38,857 nucleotides of DNA, taken from the NCBI GenBank assembly GCA_043381765.1, contig JBHJMP010000866.1, positions 1 to 38,857 on the forward strand, in the 5' to 3' direction. Source of the DNA: Collodictyon triciliatum. Its lineage: Eukaryota. Shown in pieces: positions 24,705 through 38,857 of this stretch (the first letter of the stretch is position 1; each line of letters starts with the position of its first letter). Position numbers and translations under genes: made by a program. The notes beneath the pieces are model-generated. The model was not told the DNA's origin and searched no databases. It worked only from the letters and a program-made list of their open reading frames with translations.

Positions 24705-24816
24705 AAGATAAACTAGTGTTTTGGATCATGGGCCAAAATTTGAGACTCAGTTACCTCTTATTGGTTTCAGAACAAAATTTTTGATTTAAGAGTGGCGTAT
24801 CATTCAGAACTTCCAT
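17687..24816 (-). CDS. LRR-containing multi-pass membrane receptor: N-terminal hydrophobic signal/anchor, LRRNT cap, roughly 30 plant-type LRRs, Cys-rich EGF-like region, multi-TM C-terminal domain
   Basis: Proposed ATG 24816 (MEVLNDTPLL..) splices in phase to the exon containing ITILLSIMVLVSLISLAVSS. LRRNT cap FYDLLGGDNWKNKDGWKDETIPLCFWNGIAC (~24040-24135). Then 17 single-LRR exons (23597-21086) and a large exon (21000-~19660) with more LRRs plus CKCLPGFFG..CEKGYTGRDCSSCEDGY..CNEC and a first TM. TM exons follow, including RFSAVYEE|RHDWWVIVRVIQ and TLQTRFKPYILESDDN. Stop TAG at 17689-17687. Confidence 0.85.
18296..18556. repeat. Intronic compound microsatellite (AAAAG)n/(AAAAAG)n + (AAAAAAGAC)n
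   Basis: Direct reading; lies inside an intron of the LRR receptor (18241-~18584). Confidence 0.92.
21086..23597 (-). repeat. Array of 17 tandem 69-nt phase-1 exons, each encoding one 23-aa LRR (consensus GTxPxFSGxPNxxxIxLxxNxLx)
   Basis: Exons (+ coordinates): 23529-23597, 23391-23459, 23258-23326, 23072-23140, 22927-22995, 22792-22860, 22661-22729, 22487-22555, 22352-22420, 22198-22266, 22028-22096, 21820-21888, 21676-21744, 21526-21594, 21380-21448, 21229-21297, 21086-21154. Each is bounded by AG and GT (one GC), and each intron splits the Gly codon. Confidence 0.9.
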
Positions 24817-25559
24817 TTCTTCTCGTAGGATGGATATTAATATAAATGACGTTAATATGTATCTTCACGGGCAAGGTATTCAATTTTAATCAATTAATTG
24901 AGAAAATGTCCTTAAAAATTTTTCTTGAGTGTTATTTTGGATTTAAATAAAAAAAATTCACTACTAAGAGATATGATTGTGTAACAAGACACCTTTTTCT
25001 AATGATTACTCAGGAAAGATTTCCTATAGTGTTTCAGAGCAAGCTTTCTGATGAGTGCTGCGATCTGGTGTCGATTTTAAAAGGTTCTGTGACATTTTTT
25101 TTGTTAGCTTGTTGCATTTCTAGTTATTTGACTATTTTTTTGAAAAAAGTTTAGAAGGTGGGTCATTCACTGGACCGTGCCATCGTTAGATATACTCATT
25201 ATTCTAGAATTTCAATGCAAGATTGGACGTGTGAAGCAGACAGATGGTTTGATTCAATGTAGGACAAGTATCATTTGAAAAACTACCAATGGTACAGAAG
25301 AAAGTAATAGTTTGTGGTGAATTGGTTAAGGGGATGAGATGGCAAGATGTCCGAAATAATTAAAGTTATATTAATAATCACCAGTCTAACTGATACGCTC
25401 GTACTCAAAAACTTATGTAATATTTTATTGTAGAGATTTCAAATGAATGACTAATTAAATTATAAAAAATAATAAAAAAAAAAGATTTCTCTTGAAACAT
25501 GTACTAAGCTACATAACAAAAAAAAAAGGAGCAAACAACTTGCAAATACTCCCACAGAG

Positions 25560-26815
25560 TTGCAGATGGATAGAGTGGGTGAAATTGTAGACAAAATTTC
25601 TAAGAGGTTCATTTTATTGAGGAGAATTGATGAAGTGATACTACTATACATGAAAAATTAACAATTAATAATTATTTGATCTTGAATATTGGATAATTTT
25701 AAAGTCGATCTGGAAATGGTGAATACAACTGATGGATGCACTCTTATATTAGTGGATATCTTCAGTCATTTGTGCGTATGTTGGGCGATAGTGTGCCGGG
25801 CTGGCCTTCGATATTTCAGGTGAAAAATATATTTGATTGAGATTAATTGGTAAGATAATTGTAAGGGTTTAATGTTACTTTGCTAGTTCAGGTTTTAGGC
25901 TTTAGAATTAAAGATTAGTCAGATGAATTTTTGTAATTGAGTAAAAAAAAAAAAAAAAGGATTAAGCCCGTGAAATGGAAATGGGTAAAGTATAAGCCAT
26001 TACACTTTTGATTTTTGGGCAGGTGCAGAATTCAAGGAACTGACATGCGTTCCCTTCATGTATGTGACTTATTTTTTTTTCATTATGGTGGAATAAGAAG
26101 AAGAAGAACTTTGTTCAGAAAATAGCATGAAATAAAATATGACATAATGCAGATTTAAGGGGCTCGAATGGTGGGCTTGCACGAAAGATCAGATAGTATT
26201 ATTGGCTAGTTGAATTATATCGTGTCCTTGCTGTTTACTTCCCCTATTATCTCCGCTGAAAGCATTTATTGGAAATAACATCGTTTTTCTTTTATCAGGG
26301 TTTCCCATTCGACTCGTGAGAATATTGGTACTATATCCAATACAAACTCTTGCTTTTATGACTTTACACGCCTATCTGAAATGCGAGGTACAAACCCCCT
26401 AATTCTAGAGAAGCTTGGAAAGGAAGAGCTCAAGGATACACTTCCTTTAAGACGATACATGTATTAAATCGTCGACTACAGCAACAAGGACTGGCCCAGT
26501 ACGCCGCTACCTCTTTGACTCCAGCGATCAGCGGAAAGAAACATCACGATCAGGTGCGCTATCGTGACCGTAAAGGAGAGAAGGCGAAAAAAATGTGCTG
26601 CATTTTTGGGTAGATCCCACCCCGAACCACAACTATACGAAGGAATTATGGATGACTTTTGTTTCATATGGGAGTCGCCGTGCAAGTCAATAGCTTGTCT
26701 GTTCGAAGTTGCGTATGCGATTATAATGAGTAGGGTGTTTGATCGAAGGGAAAACCGTGGTGAATATGATACATGGGTCGAGAAGTTAGCACGAACTGGG
26801 ATTCCCCCTCGGTAG
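25560..26815 (+). pseudogene. Possible decayed multi-exon gene of unknown family
   Basis: Splice-bounded GC-richer blocks at ~25766-25819, ~26023-26059 and ~26153-26195. One frame from ~26300 to 26815 is interrupted only by TAA 26465-26467 and TGA 26516-26518. There is also an in-frame TAG in the 25766 block. Confidence 0.3.
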
Positions 26816-27159
26816 CTGACATACATATTGTGGAATATATATATGCGCATGAAATGTAGATTTTTTGTGGCCAATAAACCAGCCAATATGATTGATTATG
26901 AAGTATTGTATAAAATCCACAAATAGTTTACATTGATTGATTGAAACAATGATATATTTTTGGACATACTTTGCAATCACTGAAACTCCTTCGAATGACT
27001 CAAGCTAACAAATCGAAGATGCAAACAAGCAAAACCGTTCCAGCACGCCATCGTCCACAAAGAGAGGCTGCCCAACCCCGAACTCCGAAGCAAGCAAACG
27101 TCGCCCTCTTTTCTTGAATATCAACAATAATAATATACTCCGCGACTTAGAAGCGCACA

Positions 27160-30100
27160 ATGGCCAGTCAGACGCAAGTCTACCAAGTCCCGGGTAAGCT
27201 TCAAAACCCCTTTCAGCAATCATCTTCCCGCACTCGTATTCCTGTGACAGGCCGCCCGAGGGCCGCTCTCGATTTCAACCATAAACACAATCGTTGAAGG
27301 AATAGAATAAAAAAAAAGGAAAAGAAATAATAGTCATCAACGGTGTTTTTTTTTTGTTTTTCTGACTTAACATCAACTACTCCCAACTCTTTTTTTCTTT
27401 TGTCTTTGTTGTTCCCACAGTCATCTTTCCTGACATCCTACCTGCGGAGGCCATACTTCAAACGCTCGACGCGCTGGATTATCTTGATTCTGTCGTCAAT
27501 GATGTTTTCACAAAGATTGCTGCTCGCGTTTGTTATTTTTTTTTTAATCAACACGCTCTGGTTTTTTTTTTTTAACCCCGCTTCTTTTGGCAACTGGGGT
27601 CGCTTTTCTGAGGATCTCAAAGTACTTTCGATTGAAGTGAAAAGCTTGTGTTCACCCCATGCATGTGGTGTCATGTTCAATATTAGCATGTTCTCACTTT
27701 TTTTCTCCCTTTGTCCTTATCTTCATTTTTTTTCTTATTGCGAGCAAATACATGAAATCATACAGTCTCTTGAGATCGTTTTTCTCTCTGATCAGTTTAC
27801 TTGAGTCCCAGTCATCCCTTTCATATTCTTCGATCATGGTTGCAGGTGGATCAGAACAGGAAGAAGGTGGAACACTTGGGACAGAGATTGGCAATTGTCG
27901 AGGTTTGACAAAAAGAACTGAAGTCATATCAGCTGAACAAAGACTCCTTTAATAGATGTGTCACTTGGATAATTCTAGAAAGTTTGAAAAAAAAAACAAA
28001 GTTGATTCAGATGCACTAAGCTTATGTTAAGCCAAAATATTACTGCATGCGATATAAATCAAAATGTGGAGCCAATCTCTCAATGTATATCTGTATTTAC
28101 AAACGCTTAGAAAGACACCCAATTCATCGAAGGAAGCAAAAGTGCCACTCTGGTCAAATCTGCTGCAAAATATCCGGCCCCGAAGCTCCCAAATAATTAT
28201 GCGCCCATCTACCATGATGTTCCAGTCCATGTACCAGACCGCAATGAATACGAGCTTCCTGAAAAGATGCCTGTGAGTTCCAGTATTTATCTGCTGGCAC
28301 AGTTTATATTTGTTACTGAGTATAAATCCAGAAGGCATACGAAAAAGTCAAAGCATATCAACCATGTCACATACTTTACTCTTCTTTGCAGTATTTTCAA
28401 AAACTTAAATGCATGTCCATATGTTTTGAAAAAAAGCAACCAGCTGCGCATATATCTGACTCCATGGTCGAAGTAGTCGCCATGTTAGACTCTACAGGAA
28501 AGTCCAAAATGAAGATTGCCATGGTAGCCACCGCATCATATCTCTTTATTATAAAATGCTGTCTTCATTAACCTACAAATGTCCACTTGGTCTATTTTTC
28601 CCTCCAATTCTATTTTAACGCATAACCTTGTTACCTTTTTTTTTTGTTTTGTTTTTTCGGCTGATACATTGAGTATTGATATATCCTATCTAGTGTTTGA
28701 AAATGATGTACGTCCTCTTTTTCATTCTATATCGTGTTTTTCTCTCTCCCCGCAGGATGGCATGGGAAGACTTCCAGACAATCTCTTGTCTGCATCAAGC
28801 TTGCTTCTGTTTAACAGCGATGAAAATCCGTACAAGAATTACATTCACCTGGACAATTTACTTGGTGTCGAAGGAAAGGACCGTCCATCTCAAAAGAAGC
28901 GCATCAGAGCTCAGCCAGAGTCATTCATCAAGGGGGATGGCGTCGTTTGTTTCATCACGCCACTTGATCTCCTCTTTCCTCTCATTAACTGTCATCTCCA
29001 AAATCTATTCAAGTTCGCAACATTCATGGCTCACTTTTTTTTTTATTTTTCTTTTATCGTATACGACCATTTTTACGTCGAGATTTCATCGTAGCTAGTC
29101 TTTGTCCTCCAGCTTGACACAAGATTTGCATTGTTATCTGACTGTAGGGCGGCGGAACTGGTCAGGACATAAGATACAAGCCTGTAATAGGCAACGTCCC
29201 TGTCCTGGATACTCCTGAGAACATGCCTGGGCTTCAAAATATCGCCGATATCAGTCTTTCAAGTATTTAGTTCCTAAATATTTAGGTTTTGGGGAAAGAA
29301 AATAAAATATCTTCTAGGTATCGCCCAATAGTGTGCGATATATTACTTGAGGATATTGTTAAGTGATAAAATTAAGAAAAATAATAATCCGTCTGATTCA
29401 CATAAAAACACTCCTCCATCAACCCGCAGCCATGGAGCTTCCCCCAATCGCCCCATCCACCGACTCCATTCTGAGCCTCCCTGATTTTTCTGGTGGGACT
29501 TGAACCTATCAAATCATATCATATCATATCATATCATATCATATCATATCATATCATATCATATCATATCATATCATATCATATCATATCATATCATATC
29601 ATATCATATCATATCATATCACATCACATCACATCACATCACATCTTGAAACAGGAGCTACCACTCCCGGTTGGAACAGCATCACCAGCCGAAGCGCATA
29701 TCCTGGCGGCTCGGGACCAAACTCTGCGCCTCCGCCTCCGCCCCCTGGAAACGCAGAGGGAGGATTCCCACCACCGCCTCCGCCTCCGCCCGGTGCATTC
29801 TCCGAAGCAGATGCATCGTCAGGATTCTTCCCGCCTCCACCTCCGCCGCCTCCACCCGGTGCATTCGGCGCGTCTGCATCACAGTCCAACCCGAACTCTT
29901 CGTTTGCCGCGCCACCTCCGCCACCTCCGCCACCGCCTGGATTCTCGTCTGCTGGCTACAATGGCGGCAATGATGATGAAGATGAATCCACCTTCGGCAC
30001 ATCGGCCTTCCCTCCGCCACCTCCGATGTTCTCCTCCGCTGCCCCGACTGCGGCTGACGATTTTGGTTTCACTCATGACTTTATTCCAATCATCATTGCC

Positions 30101-31074
30101 ATCGTTTTATATTTTTGACTATTATTATCAGGATTATTTTGTGGACTAGATTCCTTCATCGCTTCTCATTTATTTATTCACATTCTTGGTATGTCAATCT
30201 GCTTTTATAAATGGACAAATGCATTAATAAGTAAATAAAATCGCAGACGAGACCGCAGGCTTTGAAGAGCTGACCTCGAGAGCACAGCCTGAACCTGCAG
30301 CACCTGGTGAGTCTAATCAATTATTTTGTAAACTCCAAAAAATGAAAAAAATGAAAAAAAATGAAAAAAAATGAAAAAAAAATGAAAAAAAATGAAAAAA
30401 AATGAAAAAAATGAAAAAAATGAAAAAAAAGAAAAAAAATAAAAAATAAAAAAAGAAAAAAAATGAAAAATGAAAAATGAAAAATGAAAAATGAAAAAGA
30501 CAAAGAGAATGACAAGAGATGAGAGATATCAGTAGAACGCAACGCTGGACACTTTACCCGCCTATCTGACAACTAAATACCAAATTACCTTCCGTAATCA
30601 CTCGACATCATTTTTGACGCACAACCCACACAACCAGCGATGGACTTGTTTGCCCAAATCCGCGCGAACCAGAAAGAACGCTTGCGAAAGGTAGAATCGC
30701 AGCCTGTCGAAGCACCAAAAGCTCCGCCACCGGGCGACATGTTTGGGACGCTTATGCAGGGCCTTGAAATGCGGCGCAAAGCCATCAAAGAGGAGGACTC
30801 CGACGACGAGACAGAGGACGAGTGAGTCAGCGAAGCGAAAAAAACCCGACCAGTTTTCTAGACACTCGCCTACATCTCCTTTTCTTACGCCGTCTTCTGA
30901 AATATGTTTGATGTGTTATCGCTTGAGACGTCGCCTGGACAACCAACCGAACGACTTATTCAATGATTGCTTGCATTTTCTTACTCTTTATATGTCTCTT
31001 CTTGCATTCCTTTCATTTTCTTTTCATTCTTTCTGGTATCTAATGCATGTGCTGGTACGTTGTGTAGTTGGTAG
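27160..31074 (+). CDS. WASHC1: WASH complex subunit 1 (WASP-family Arp2/3 nucleation-promoting factor)
   Basis: MASQTQVYQVP|VIFPDILPAEAILQTLDALDYLDSVVNDVFTKIAAR, then SAAKYPAP and the WAHD signature GMGRLPDNLLSASSLLLFNSDENPYKNYIHLDNLLG (~28760-28866). Poly-proline exon ~29655-30066. WH2 MDLFAQIRANQKERLRKV, central GDMFGTLMQGLEMRRKAI, acidic EEDSDDETED|DW* completed by exon 31068-31074. Confidence 0.93.
29513..29645. repeat. (ATATC)n grading into (ATCAC)n microsatellite in a WASH intron
   Basis: Direct reading. Confidence 0.93.
30337..30497. repeat. (AAAAAAATG)n degenerate microsatellite in a WASH intron
   Basis: Direct reading. Confidence 0.88.
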
Positions 31075-31506
31075 AGACGAGCGAGAACCCGGCGCTTGTG
31101 AGGCAGTTTCAGGGGCTCTCCGCCAATTGTGTCTCTCACAAAGCTGTGCAAACAAGCACAGCCACAAATAAAGAAAAGAAAAAGAAATAGAAATTAATTA
31201 GAAGAGAAAGAGAAAAGAAAGAGCAGGAAAGTAGGAGTTTATGGAAGTGTATTTATCAAACTATGTCGATATGATCAAAAGAACATACAAACAAAAAATC
31301 GCGAAGGAGATGACTTTTGGTGACTTCCGATACGACAATAGCTGCGTTCACTTTCATCTTTTTTCATGTCGCGCTTAGTGTCGCGTTCATTCACGTGTTC
31401 CTTTGCCTTTGTCATTTGTGTGGATGGAGCCTATGATCTCCTGTCAGAGTAACATACTCTACGTTGTTCAGCAGCAAAGCGCCTGTGCGAAGGGAACAAG
31501 CGAGTA

Positions 31507-34500
31507 ATGGACGCGCTTATGAGTCGCCGCCTACTCTATCAGTTGATGATGAGGTGATTGACGTTGTATTTATATTATATTTATATTTATATTTATATTT
31601 ATATTTGTATTCATATTTATTTCTTCCTTTATTTCTTTATTAGTTGTTTTTTTTAGTGTTATTCTTCGCCCTCTCTTTTTTGCATTATGTCAAGCGGCCT
31701 TTGAGAAAGCAGTTGCTGAAGTTGCAGTGACCTCCCTCTTGTATTTTTGTTTTGATATGCTTTAATCTTTCTATGGTTTCAGTCAGCTCAGCGCGGATGG
31801 GTTTCCGATCGTGGCTTCTCAGCTCTCCCAAGCGTCCATGATTCGTGAGTTTATTAATTGATATATATATATTTATTTTATTTTTTTAATTATTTATTTC
31901 TTCTCACAGCCCAGCCTGAAGAGGGAGCCTTTCCTGAGAATTATCTCTTCAATCTCATGTCTGTGGGTTTAGCCAACGATGGTGGTTCATGGGGTCAGAA
32001 GCTGTATTAAATATATGAAACATAAATCCGCCTGTTATTGCTGCTGCTTATATATCGAATCCAATTGTTCACCTGCTTCGTTACACACTGGCAGATGACA
32101 TCCCATCATACAAGAAGGTATCACCGGCCAACAGCCTGTTGAATGACATAAGCGCACCTGGTACTCACCATTGATGATATTTGGCGTCTCATTTTTTTTT
32201 TTTTATGATGTCCACAGTCTCTCCATAAAGACCTAGCAAAGATAAATAGCAACCTTGCGTCTATATACTTATGACATCTCAAATGTAACGCAATATGCCT
32301 GAATAAGCTTATGGTTTATTGAAATTAACATAACCAACGATTTATATTAATTACAAAACGACGATACAATAAAAGAAGACAAAGATACTAAAAAAAATAC
32401 TTAAAAATATCCATAATGTAAATATATAAGGACAAAAAGCTGCCATTTTTCATAAAAAGCAAATGACCAAGGATTTCAATATGTATTTTCAGAGAAAAAG
32501 AAGAAAATAGCCGGGATTGCAAACTCGTCCGTCATTTCACTTCCTCAAGTTGGGCAAATTGTCAGGTTCAGTCCGGATGGTGGGCCCTTTTTTTGCATGA
32601 TATACGAAAATGAAATATTATTTTACGTTGGTGCTTGCAGTATGTTTATGAATATTCTTTTTTCACCATATTCGATGGAATCTATTTTACCATCCGACTT
32701 GATGAACTTTCCAATCGGCTGAGCCTAACTCCTTGCGCTCACTCTGTAGGTCAACACCTCGCAGTTACTTTGAGTGACAACCAAGTTCGCATTTTGGATG
32801 CTGAGAGACTTTGTAATCCTTCCGATGGTGTAATAATAACTCATAGCAAATCGATTATCACATTGCTATGCCTAAAACAACTTCTATAAATGACTCGAAA
32901 AATGTTTGAAGATGCTCATTTATTTCTAAACGTTGGTCGTGGGTCAGGTTATGCGTGTAAAGCTGAATGCACTATCTTTTTAAAGTCCTATCCTTCCCTT
33001 TTATACTACCCAGGTCGAACAGGAAACACTATCAAAGACTGCAACTCTTCGTATTTTGGCTGAAAATAGAGAGGTCTTTGTCTGCAAATGACTGATCTAA
33101 TCCCTTCTTTGCATATCAATAGCATATGATAAATATTTCTTCCAGGAAAGTGTCTCGTTACTTCAAGAAGAAAATGATTCTATCGTTTTTAATGCAGTTT
33201 TTTTTTATTCGGGCAGCCAATCACCGATGTTTCGTTCCATCCATTTATCCCGATGGTGGCTACATGTTCATCCGATTGCTCCATCCGCATCTTTGATTAT
33301 CAAAAAGCATTTTCGAAAAAATCACACCTTGCCTTAACCGTATAAATCTTGCTTAAAATCAAACATTGTTTGTCTTTTTCATTTCGAAAGCTTATAATCG
33401 CGGCAATTTTGCAAAATTTTGTAATGTGTTTTATCGTTATGGTTTTTTTCTCCCATTTTAATCTCTCGATTAGTTTCATTTTTTTTTTTTGTGTGTGTAT
33501 AAAAAAAGTTTACTCACTATATTCGACTATGCAGGATACGCATTCTGTGAACAGCATAGATTTTCATCCGTCTGGACAATTTTTACTGTGCGGCACGAAT
33601 CACAACTTAGTTCGTCTTTATGACGTCAAGAATGCGCCATATGAATGTTACACATCGCGCGAACGGGCTCAACACTCACACGGGATTAATGTGGTGGGTT
33701 TATCACCAGCTTTGCTTCATTTCTAAGATTCATATTTTTATTTACGAGAATGAAAGCTTCTTTTTTTTATTTTTACTTTATCCTTGAAATTACTGAACAT
33801 TTACTATCGAGACATAATATACATATACTGTAAGTATGAGGGGCGATAGACACCTTTTGTTGACATCCTTTCTGACATATAGTCCTTTCCTCTACTTTAA
33901 AAAATCCATCCAGTTTTATTTTTAATATGATGAACTTATTTATGTGGTTATTTATTCATTCATTCATATGTGTCATCAGGTGAAGTTTTCAAAGGACGGC
34001 TCCATGTTTGCCACGGGCTCTCAAAACGGGCTTGTTCGAGTCTGGGATGCCGTTTCGTTCACACCCATCAAAACCTTCAACCACTCAATCCGACACCAAG
34101 AGATTCAATCCTTGGAGTTTTCGAGAAACGGCAAGTACATTTTGTCTGGAGGGAAAGGTTTGTTGTTCGCCATCATAAGCGCAGAGAAGATTATAAATAA
34201 CGAGTCTCAAAAAAATCGGAGGCAAAGGAATGACTTCAATTTATTTTAACAACAATATATATTCACTAATGACGCGTGTCTCTTCCTCGTCCTAATACCA
34301 CAGACGCAATACTCAAACTGTGGGACATTAGAAAAGGTTTGCAGCCCATCGGATTTATTAAACATATGACATCATTATTTATTGATTCCTCTCAGCCGAA
34401 TGCAGCGCAGCACAATTTATTCGTATGGCCTCTGGGGTCAATACATGATGCCGATACTAAATCCCATTGTTCTGATTATCGCTCATATCATAGACCAACC

Positions 34501-35088
34501 GCTGCTGTCCTTCAGTGGATTCCACATTGTTTGATTTGATTTGATTTGATTTGATTTGATTTGATTTGATCTGATTTGATTTGATTTGATCTGATTTGAT
34601 TTGATTTGATTTGATCTGATTTGATTTGATTTGATTTGATTTGATTTGATTTGATTTGATTTGATTTGATTTGATTTGATTTGATTTGATTTGATTTGAT
34701 TTGATTTGATTTGCCTCACTATGCCCATGGAATGATTCCTCGCCTCTAAATGAAGCATCGCCGTACAATCGGGGCGTTCAGCGGAGATGAAGCGCATGTG
34801 ATGGCAACAGATGCATCAAACAACAGTATTGTTCTATGGGACACACACACCGGCGAGTATAGCCACCGCATCCTTGGTATTATTTTTTCCACTTTGATTT
34901 TCTTTTCTTTTCTTTTCTTTTCTTTTCTTTTTCCCAAAGCGTGTTCCTCAACCACCTTCTTTGTAGGCCATCGCGCCCCTGTTCTTGGCATCGCCTCATC
35001 ACCAACCGAAGCACTGGTCTTCGCATCCACAGCAGGAGACAAAACTGTGCGCCTTTGGTCAACACCCAGACAAGAATCGCCCATCTGA
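31507..35088 (+). CDS. CSTF1: Cleavage stimulation factor 50 kDa subunit (CstF-50), N-terminal dimerisation domain + WD40 repeats
   Basis: N-terminus MDALMSRRLLYQLMMS|QLSADGF resembles the CSTF1 dimerisation motif (RQQLYKLIISQLLYDGY, recalled). WD40 exons SVNSIDFHPSGQFLLCGTNHNLVRLYDV, VKFSKDGSMFATGSQNGLVRVWDAVS, LEFSRNGKYILSGGK|DAILKLWDIRK, HRRTIGAFSGDEAHV..IVLWDTHTG, GHRAPVLGIASSPT..TAGDKTVRLW. TGA at 35086-35088. Confidence 0.88.
34530..34713. repeat. (TTTGA)n microsatellite in a CSTF1 intron
   Basis: Direct reading; begins at the GTTTGA donor. Confidence 0.93.
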
Positions 35089-35530
35089 TGAGCCTCTTTA
35101 TCCTTTTATCCTTTTTTCTTTTTTCTTTTTTCTTTTTTTCTTTTTTTCTTTTTTCTTTTTTTTCTTTTTTCTTTTTTTCTTTTCTTTTCTTTATTTTATT
35201 TTTCTTTGCCCGGCACACCTTCACAAACTCTCTTGTTCTGCAACATCGCACCGGGCAACCCCATATCGGATTTTAAAAAAAGCGACCAAAGAACAGAACC
35301 AACAAGCCCACTCGCCAAACAGAAACACAGCGCGTTCTCCTTTCCGTCTCCCTTTTTCCTTCCACTCCACCTTTGTCTGTGTTCTGCTTCCTCGCGAGCG
35401 AATATCACTGGCAAAAGACGATGCCAAACCCACCGATTTCGCCCGGCGCAGTTGCCCAAGGATCAAGCGTTTCACGTGTATGAGAGACAATCATACTGAC
35501 GCGTCTTTTGCTTTCTTCACTGCTTCCCAG

Positions 35531-38571
<3,041 letters not shown>

Positions 38572-38758
38572 GTATGTTTTACGGGGAAAAAGTGAATCAT
38601 TTATAAGATTATTTATTATTCTTTTGACTTTAGGGATTTTCAAACGATTTTATGCCTTAGTCAATTTAAATTATAGGTACGGAAGCACTGGTAGAGTGAA
38701 CAAAAAAATTTTATGATTTTTTTCTCTTCCGATAAAAGGAATGCATTTTTAAAGCACC

Positions 38759-38856
<98 letters not shown>

Positions 38857-38857
38857 T
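38759..38857. repeat. (ATT)n microsatellite running to the window end
   Basis: Direct reading. Confidence 0.92.

Noticed and set aside
25048-25060. CTGATGAG as a hammerhead ribozyme core (also at ~35085)
   Set aside because: No stem II followed by GAAA, and no closing stems I/III.
26465-26518. In-frame stops as evidence of a variant genetic code
   Set aside because: TAA, TAG and TGA each terminate bona fide genes in this window, and the conserved exons traced contain no internal stops.
34457-34797. QIKSN-repeat ORFs, and the YHIIS-repeat ORF at 29493-30149
   Set aside because: Pentanucleotide microsatellites in introns of CSTF1 and WASH.

Overview
This is AT-rich, intron-dense eukaryotic (protist) genomic DNA with GT-AG introns, CTRAY-type branch points and many microsatellite-filled introns. 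The lineage may be amoebozoan-like (inference from the WASH N-terminus only). Most long ORFs in the six-frame track are repeat artefacts, so I assembled the genes by hand from exons. Six multi-exon genes are supported. (1) A 5'-truncated CPLANE1/JBTS17-like ciliogenesis gene (+, 184-9329). (2) A soluble adenylyl cyclase (ADCY10/sAC)-type tandem-cyclase + STAND NTPase gene whose cyclase catalytic residues all look lost (+, 9763-16681). (3) A large LRR + Cys-rich + multi-TM receptor (-, 24816-17687). Its ectodomain contains 17 consecutive 69-nt phase-1 exons, each encoding exactly one 23-aa LRR. (4) WASH1 (+, 27160-31074), with its terminal Trp on a 7-nt coding exon. (5) CstF-50 (+, 31507-35088). 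(6) A 3'-truncated TRAPPC14/Trs65-like gene (+, from 35531). There is also a possible 36-aa mini-gene (-, 17408-17188) and a probable decayed gene (about 25560-26815). The best candidate for a novel system is the modular one-LRR-per-exon receptor, which shows signs of exon-level duplication or conversion. Family assignments rest on motifs recalled from memory; no database search was run.
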